Part shown: positions 17,981-25,914 of the stretch, piece by piece
Numbering within the stretch: the first letter of the stretch is position 1
How the letters are laid out: every line of letters begins with the position of its first letter
DNA from: Octopus sinensis
Lineage: Eukaryota
Assembly: GCF_006345805.1 (NCBI RefSeq)
Contig: NW_021836008.1
Span: 1-25,914 of the forward strand
Direction of reading: 5' to 3'
DNA: 25,914 nt
Position numbers and translations under genes: made by a program
The notes under the pieces: model-generated
Seen by the model: only the letters and a program-made list of their open reading frames with translations
Database searches by the model: none
What the model was told of the DNA's origin: nothing

Positions 17981-17981
17981 C

Positions 17982-18197
17982 AAGGTGGCGAGCTGGCTGA
18001 GTCGTTAGCACGCTGGGCGAAAGGCTTAGCGGTAATGTCTGTCTTAACGTTCTGAATTCAAATTCCGCCGAGGTCGACTTTGCCTTTCACCCTTTCGGGG
18101 GTCGATTAAATAAGTACCAGTTACGCATTGGGGTCGATGTAATCGATTTAATCCCTTCCCCCAAAATTTGAAGCCTTGTGCTTCCAGTAGAAAGAAC
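17982..18197 (+). mobile_element. SINE family D, full length
   Basis: A-box-like TGGCTGAGTCG, B-box-like ATTCAAATTCC, core GGTCGACTTTGCCTTTCACCCTTTCGGGGGTCGATTAAATAAGTACC, and an (ATT)n tail. Confidence 0.9.
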
Positions 18198-18505
18198 TAT
18201 TATTATTATGATTAATGTCGTTGCTGTTGCTGTTAGGCTATTGCATGCTAAATAAGTTTGCTGGGATGTTATCGGGAAGTCCGATGACAAATCATCTCAA
18301 CTCACAAGAATCCTTTTCACGATTGCACCAAAATAGTGGATAGCACTCTGTTGCAAGTCGACAATACGTATCTCACTTCCAATATCCTTCAACATATTAG
18401 GTAACATTTTGAGTGTTGTGCCATATACACCAACTACCATAGGAGTATTTATTACTGTTATCTTCCGCAATCTCATCTCTCAACTTTTTCATTTATTTGG
18501 TAACC
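18197..18505 (-). mobile_element. R4/Dong-like (RLE-type) LINE 3' end
   Basis: Minus strand reads K*MKKLRDEIA, then after a frameshift KITVINTPMVVGVYGTTLKMLPNMLKDIGSEIRIVDLQQSAIHYFGAIVKRILVS* (TGA 18299-18297). This resembles the recalled PVVVGALG...LQK.ALLG.A.ILR.VL C-terminus; short 3' UTR and (AAT)n tail. Confidence 0.78.
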
Positions 18506-19296
18506 ACTGTAGTCACACGGTACTGAAAAATCTATGATTTTACACGTTTTTGTTTTCATTTTTTTTTGTTGTCGTATTTGGTCTTCTTGCTACAATAAAA
18601 TGATCACAAAATCTAGTAACAATTATTCACTATCACAGCTCTGATCTGTGTTCATACTAATCCTCCACAAACTCCGCTAACGCAGCAACCCACTCTTTAA
18701 TCGACACAGTCATACATGCACTTATATTCTTTTTGCGCTAGCTTACTGCACTCACTAAGGAGATGTTAAATATTTTCTTCCCCTTCTCCGCTGATACTAC
18801 GTTTGCTCTGTGACTGAGTCTTATCAGAACAGTGACCTAACAAAGACATTAGGGCAACGGACAAAACGATTTACAACGTTTGTTCCGCGTCTTTATATTT
18901 TGTCGACGAGGTTGATTTTGCTTTTCTTTATTTCGGTCTCAATAAAACACCGGGGTTGATGTAATCCCCATGATACTATTCCATTACACTTAATAATAAT
19001 AATATTAATAATAATAGATACAAAAATATAGTGAAATAACAAGACCAACGAGTAAGGATATATGTTTAAAAATGTTTTAAAATGAAAAGTTATATTACAT
19101 AAGTGATAATGATGATAATAATAATAGTAATCAAAATTATTGCACTCCAAATAATAATAATAATAATAATAATAATAAACTTTCCTCCAGTAATTTATAT
19201 ATTCCGTAATCTCGACCAAATGCTTTGAGTATCGTGCAAAATAAAAATAAGAAGCGGGAAGAAAAAGAGCTTAGAGAGGCCTCAAACCAGAATCAA

Positions 19297-19333
<37 letters not shown>

Positions 19334-19454
19334 ACGCACACATTTCCGTACTTATTCAAACACGTAAAAGTTAAAACCAAGTGTGTTAGAATGCAGGACA
19401 ATTCTCCGAGAAAAATAGAGACTTTTATAATATAAATTAGTACAGTATTCATGC

Positions 19455-19499
<45 letters not shown>

Positions 19500-20221
19500 A
19501 AACCGAACACCCATATATAAGATGTGTGTTGTTAGTTCGTGGTCGGCTGCGTTTTTAGGCGTAAGAGAATATATTCCTAATGCTCCTAGTGTTAAAACCC
19601 CTTGAAAATAAGTCAAAGGCAAGCGAGACAACTCGAATCAGGTCCCTCCTCGGAGCAACAGACGTCGACGTTTCGTCGTTCTAGTGACTTTTCAATGCCG
19701 CGTACCGAACAAGGCCTGCTGCAAGCTATATCGCCGAAGATGACTATATGCTAAATGATTTGAAAAAATATCTGCTGGCATGTCCCAACGTTTCATACCA
19801 TATATATTATTCAATAACTGCTTGACTCAGCTCCATGCGACTTAAAGTTTCGTAAGCTCATAAAACGAACCAATCAAGTCCGGTATCCAGAGAAGAGCCG
19901 CTTCTCGAGGCACCCGATGAGGTAGTCTCGTTCTCCATGCCTACGGAATTTCAAGTTACATGAAGTTTTGTCAAACTGTTATTAAATAATATACTACACA
20001 TGTACTGAATGCCACTTTCTATCGTTCATCTGCTCACTCATACATGTGTGTGTGAGTGAGAGAGAGGGGGAGAGAGAGATAGAGGGAAGAGAGAGAGGGA
20101 GGGAGAGAGAGAGCAAATGCATACACACCTGCATTTACACCTGTACCTATGGGCGCGTATAGACGTGCTGTTATCTGTTATGCAAATGAATATACATTTA
20201 TTTCTATGTGTACGTAGTTTT

Positions 20222-20272
20222 TCTTTTATTTGTTTCAGTCATTTGACTGCGGCCATGCTGGAGCAATGCCTT
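20222..20272 (-). mobile_element. SINE family A, 3' tip
   Basis: TTTCAGTCATTTGACTGCGGCCATGCTGGAGCA. Confidence 0.8.
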
Positions 20273-20388
20273 GGAAACGTGTACGTGTTTTTTTTAAATA
20301 GTACATATACAAGTGTTTATATGTATGAATGTATGGATCTATATATGTATTAATCTACACGAATTTACGTATAGCTTTTGTGCATGAC

Positions 20389-20462
<74 letters not shown>

Positions 20463-20468
20463 AAAGAG

Positions 20469-20671
20469 TATGGGAATTGTTCGTTCACAGAATTAGTTTA
20501 TTATTTTATACAGCGTATCACACTGACCTATACGTGTTTCTGTTGCACCGATAATAATGCAGGGTTGCCTCTGCAACTGTGAGTGGTCGATACAACGGAA
20601 ACACGTGTAGGTCATTATGATATGCTGTATAAAATTATAAAATAAATTTTGTGGATGAACAAGTCTCCATA
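20469..20671. mobile_element. TA-flanked foldback MITE with ~83-bp TIRs
   Basis: 20469-20551 and 20587-20671 are reverse complements (roughly 80% by eye), with a 35-nt spacer. Confidence 0.82.
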
Positions 20672-21399
20672 TTGTTTATTATTAATAATAATAATATATA
20701 CCCCAGACAATTTTTCATCCAGTGAAGCGTACACGGAATTATCCATCGGAAGAATTCACGGAGTGACTAGCAATAAAGAGTAGCAACAGACGTTAAATAC
20801 AGATCGAAGTGGTTATCCGTTAACTGGAACTCAACTGAGAGCCAATACGGTACCCGCCCGGATAATATATCTCTCCAAACAATTTGAATTCACACGCACA
20901 CACATATATAATACAAACCTCACACACACACAGATTAATATGTATGTACATATACTTGTAATGTTATCAGCATCTGATGAGAAAAGAAAAAACAGAGCCC
21001 AATATTGTTTTACAGTGGACATGTATACATGAACCGCATACAACAGGGGTTTGTATACATATAAATAGCTCAACATATACTCATTATATAATTCATACTG
21101 ATGACACTGTAGAAACTGTGCTGTAATGGACGAATAACTAATTAATCTATTATACTGTTTAATGCACAAACACACAAATATATGTTAACCCAAAGTAAGA
21201 TGACAACAGAATTTGTGAAGTTCTCTCGTATTGTTGCAAAATTAAACGTTTACTCTGACTTTATGTGAGGGACGCAAAATAAATTACGGGCACTCTCCCA
21301 TCTATACTGACTTATGGATGATGATAATAATAATAATAATGGTAAGAATCATGATAATGATGATGACAATGATAATTTGTGTACCTGGCATATCACTCA

Positions 21400-21591
21400 G
21401 ACTGCTGTCAAGGAGACTGAAGGATACTAGAAGAGACCACGTAAAGTTGGCATGCAACAAGGTGCCATCTTGTATAGCATTTTCAAGAATCCTTAGAACG
21501 AATCCGCTGATCCGATCCGAGGAGACTCGTTGCCACGAAACCTCAGGATAATACCTCCGCTAATCACAGTAACAAAGTAGTATGTAATAGC

Positions 21592-21622
<31 letters not shown>
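21400..21622 (+). mobile_element. Second R4/Dong-like LINE 3' end, degenerate
   Basis: MQQGAILYSI, then after a frameshift SRILRT, then a 3' UTR-like GAGGAGACTCGTTGCCAC and an (AAT)n tail at 21593-21622. Confidence 0.5.
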
Positions 21623-21625
<3 letters not shown>

Positions 21626-21659
21626 GTTATGTTTTGAATACTCTTCCCGGACGTGTGTA

Positions 21660-21861
21660 AATATAAAAATATTTTACATATGCATCCATGTGTGTGTATG
21701 TGTGAGAATAAATATGTATGTATGTATATATATATGCATGTATGTATAATATGTGTATTTAAATGTATGCTCATATATACGTATGTGTATAGTACGTATA
21801 TGTATGCATGTGCATGTAATGCAATTGTATATATACATATATATATGTCTATATATAATAT

Positions 21862-21921
<60 letters not shown>
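21660..21921. repeat. Compound (TA)/(TATG) microsatellite block
   Basis: Directly visible. Confidence 0.92.
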
Positions 21922-21924
<3 letters not shown>

Positions 21925-23358
21925 CACTTTTCTCGCCATTCAACATGATTATTTGTTTCCACATATCTTCTACTTTCTCTTTCCATCTTAGGAAAAAGTT
22001 TATTCGATAATTACAGAGAGCAGCAGCAGCGGCAGCAACAGCAGTAACAGCAGCAGCAGAAACTGCCATAGTTGTAAAGGGGATAATGGTGGTGGTAGAT
22101 GTGGTAGTGGTGAAAATGGCAGTAAATCGTATAACTTTTTCTCTATTCGACTCACAAGTACACATACATACGCACACGTGTACGATTATAATAAGAATAA
22201 GAATAGAAGTTATACCTTACTTTAAAAGGCATCGCCTTTGCTTTTTACGATTAGTATCAAGCAGCGCGATATTGATTACCTATATGTAACGCTTAATATC
22301 TCTATGGGGTTCTGTTGTACATTCCACAAACCTAATAGACTTTCAACTTTCATAAGTCAGTTCTAACTGCTCTAGGAATATAAAAAAAAAACTTAGAAAC
22401 GTAAGTCGAAATTTTCGAGCATTTCTAGCAAGGAGGTATTTTCTGAACCATTCTTCCTATTACAAGGATGTGTTAGCTAGAAGTAAGTTCAAGTTTCGTT
22501 GATGTAGGATTAGAAGTAGTTGTATTACATGGTTCAACCTACTCTGCAATATAACTGTGACAACACTCATTGCCAGATTTTTTTTTCGCATTGTGATGTA
22601 TGCATTTCCACGTCACCATAGATACTGCAAATTTATATACAGAAATGCAACAAAATTTTTATGTTCTGCAATGCTTGGAGTACAGCGTTGATTAACATAG
22701 GTAAGATAGAAAAAAAAAACAAAATTAAAATATAATGACCAGGTTACTGATTACAGACACTAATTACAGAATCATTACCGCGAGAAATTGCCCTTCCGAA
22801 ATAAGTGTTAGACCAAAAAAAAAAAGTTGAGTATAACTGTTCTATAAAAGTCGTATATTTCCAAAGCGTTATGCAACTTTAGCTACCAAAATATTTAAAA
22901 ACAGGTACGACATGCATTGAAACTCTTTTCCTAATATAGCTAAATGACTTCGTTGTCGGCCAATGTTTGGTTGTTGAAGAGATTTAATGACACTTACGAG
23001 TTGAAATGGAGTAGTATAGGGAAAGAGAAAGTAGATACCAAGGATTTTCGATAGTGTGATAAATGCAATGAACTTTCACTTCGTTAAGGAGAAATTCGTT
23101 GATATGCATTTCAGAGAGAGCAGACATTTGTGGGGTTAATGATGTAATCTATAAACGCGTATACACGCGCGCGCATATATGCATATGAACTCTGCATCAC
23201 TCCTTCTGTATATATATATATGTGTGTGTGTGTTGTGTGTGTGTTAAGGTACACATATAAAAATATATATGCTGTATATATATATATACAGGTCCACTTT
23301 AATGTATGTTTATACATATCTATATACATTAAACACACAACAGTTTAATATATATATA

Positions 23359-23401
<43 letters not shown>

Positions 23402-23722
23402 AATTGATTGTAATATGAACGAACATTTTATAAACCGCGATTCAACTGTAATACCAGTAGATGTGATCATAAGACCAGAATGCAATCTGATTTAGAATAC
23501 CAATGCAGGGAGCTTGTCTGATTTAGTTCACTTTGAAAATGTTGTAAGTGATGGACCCTTGATGAAATTGCAGAGACTAGGATGATAATTGCATACAGAG
23601 CAATGTGCAGTTGGTGCAGTACAAAACATATGTCGGTGATTGTTATATATGCTATAGAAAACTCTTTTGCTAAAAAGTTTTGGATGAGAATAAATCTCCA
23701 CTCTCCTCTTCTTTTTCAATTT

Positions 23723-23763
<41 letters not shown>

Positions 23764-23766
<3 letters not shown>

Positions 23767-24045
23767 GAGGCGCAATGGCCCAGTGGTTAGGGCAGCGGAC
23801 TTGCGGTCGTAGGATCGCGGTTTCGATTCCCAGACCAGGGGTTGTGAGTGTTTATTGAGCGAAAACACCTAAAAAGTTCCACGAGGCTCCAGCAGGGGGT
23901 GATGGCGATCCCTGCTGTACTCTTTCGCCACAACCTTCTCTCTTTCTCCTGTTGGCCTGCTCGCTTAGCCAGCGGGGTGGCGTCATTTGAAGGCTAAAAC
24001 AATGCGAAGAGCATTGTGACCAGCGATATGTCGGTCACGTGACGT
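23764..24045 (+). mobile_element. SINE family C, full length
   Basis: A box TGGCCCAGTGG (23776-23786), B box GGTTTCGATTCC (23819-23830); head shared with 3520-3706. Confidence 0.9.
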
Positions 24046-24521
24046 GATATATATATATTATATATATATATATATGCGCTATCCATTATAGAGAATATAT
24101 GATATTTACATTACATATGTAATATATATGATATATACATATTTCAAATATATTTACGCACACACAAACACATTCTCTTATGAATCTCTTGAAAACATCT
24201 AACCCAAGTCATTGCAGTACTTGGTCCTTCCTCTAGATAAGATGCGTTGGACCTTTCCAATATCCGATAGAGCTGATGAATGTATCTTTATATTTAGATA
24301 CTCTCAGTTCTTCTGGTTACCAGCTGCCTTTTCTCAATGAAGTCAAATCATACCTTACCCCGCTGTTGACACCAATAATCTCTCAATGGGAATGAAAAAT
24401 AAATTAAAAGAGCAACAGAAGATTGAGAGAGAAAGAGAGAGACAGACTGAAAGTCTATCCTCTAGTCAGCCTTTTGTGTCACCGCCTACAAATATCTTTC
24501 ATGTGAGATGCCGTCACTTAC

Positions 24522-24613
24522 CCTCCCACGTTATATGATGTCGGTGTTGGGGATTTGGTCTCAGTGTTCAGAATACGGATTTTTGCAGGATAAGTCGATC
24601 TGCTGGAGATTTC
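24522..24613 (-). CDS. Candidate internal exon of a minus-strand gene
   Basis: Acceptor TAG| at 24614 and consensus donor GG|GTAAGT at 24521. The only open frame reads EISSRSTYPAKIRILNTETKSPTPTSYNVG(G); no homology recognised. Confidence 0.3.
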
Positions 24614-24725
24614 CTATATCATGCTAAATAAATAATACACAGGAATGTGGAAATCTTGAAATACAGGATATACACAAATGGAACATAACTTAACAGATAC
24701 TTAAAAGAGACAATGCGTTCTGAGA

Positions 24726-24777
<52 letters not shown>

Positions 24778-25167
24778 ATAAATATAAACCCTCGGTAAAT
24801 TCAGTAATTTTATTCGGAGAGCAAAATGGTATTCGAATTCAAAGCCAATCATTTCTATCAATCTGAATTTTTTTTTCTTCTTTTTAATCTTGAAACAAGA
24901 AAATCAAAAACTGCACAAAATAATGACGGACAATCTATCGCCGGAGTTAAAATTTTACATCGCAGAAAAGAAAGAGGAAAAGAATAGAACAAGATTTGAA
25001 CGCTGTACAAATGAATAACAAACTCTCAAAACCGTGTACTGCTAAAGGTGTTTCGTCCGTAATCTGTTTCTTAGAATTATTCTTTTATATTCGAAACAGT
25101 GCCATCATTTCATCGTCATTTCATTTTGCGATTCCTCCATTTTTGAAAGTAACTCTGAATTTATTTA

Positions 25168-25198
<31 letters not shown>

Positions 25199-25261
25199 CT
25201 CAAGTAAATTTTTTATTAATACTAATACGCGTTTCCTTGGATTTCTTTCTCATTCTTAAAA

Positions 25262-25504
25262 GAATGGAACACAAGCGCTTGGATTCTGAGGCTTTCAAGA
25301 CGACAAAAAAGAAAGCCATATTTACTCTGATGGAGACATCCTTGTCGTCTGGATTACCGCTCCCAATCATGAGAGTCACAAAGACTCGAGCCAACCCGAC
25401 GCCACTAGGCCCAGAAGATTTCCCCGGTGCAACAAATGGACTACTGGGAGAGGCTAAAAGAGCTGGGGTTCCAAACCCTGAAGAAAAGACACGGAAGATA
25501 AAGA

Positions 25505-25552
<48 letters not shown>

Positions 25553-25790
25553 CACAGATTCTGAAGGGTCAAGCGCCTAACTTTGAGATTGAAAACTATA
25601 CTAATTGCCGGACTGGACGCCACTGCATAGTACTATAGCTCTCATTATCTCTAACCAGAAACCTAATGTTGCAACAGTTTAGGGTTTGGAACTATTTCAT
25701 TCCGAGTTATATTTCCATATAACGTCTTAATCACTGAATGTTGTCCAGAAAAAAATCACTCTTTTCTGTCACTGGGACAACTGCATCGCA
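25262..25790 (+). mobile_element. Decayed CR1/L2-type LINE ORF2 C-terminal region
   Basis: Frameshifted pieces SAWILR / FKTTKKKAIFTL / RLDYRSQ / *AQKISPVQQMDYWERLKELGFQTLKKRHGR*RVIY / QILKGQAPNFEIENYTNCRTGRHCIV / CNSLGF resemble the recalled WILRTF...SRLDYCS...YWERLK.L.LYSLERRRERY.IIY.WKILEG pattern. Confidence 0.82.
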
Positions 25791-25914
25791 ACCCCTTTTC
25801 CATAACATGCTCTTCGCGCTTCTTACAACGCACGCTCACACATATTATTTTGAGCATATCAGTCATTTGCTACTCTGAGTTTCGCCCGTGAGTACTCAAG
25901 GTCTTTTAACTTGC

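Noticed and set aside
20974-20989. CUGAUGA...GAAA motif
   Set aside because: No stem II or flanking helices.
23496-23543. 48-nt exon-like segment NTNAGSLSDLVHFENV resembling GGSLADYVFGNV of the 11379 exon, followed by GTAAGT
   Set aside because: Weak acceptor, too short for significant similarity, and no upstream nucleotide homology.
1-25914. CRISPR arrays, rRNA genes, operons or prokaryotic systems
   Set aside because: None seen; the repeats are eukaryotic SINEs, MITEs and microsatellites without a repeat-spacer structure.

Overview
AT-rich eukaryotic genomic DNA dominated by microsatellites and interspersed repeats. The repeat repertoire suggests a coleoid cephalopod, most likely Octopus (inference from recalled repeat families, not verified). 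No complete protein-coding gene is visible; almost all ORFs in the supplied track are microsatellite artefacts. Contents: four working families of tRNA-derived SINE-like elements (A-D, about 20 copies or fragments), a Helentron/HINE-like element, a mariner MITE, two hAT MITEs, two foldback elements, a Chapaev-like transposase relic, two R4/Dong-like LINE 3' ends and a CR1-type LINE relic. A few isolated candidate exons of unidentified gene(s) are present. Most striking: a composite element at 14428-14889 in which a tRNA-like Pol III head is oriented to transcribe into a Penelope-type minimal hammerhead ribozyme, flanked by an inverted second copy with a mutated core. Also notable: an isolated, strongly self-complementary ~206-nt segment at 601-806, and a possible alternative C-terminal exon arrangement at 8248-11506. 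Alignments and identities were done by eye, and repeat boundaries are approximate.
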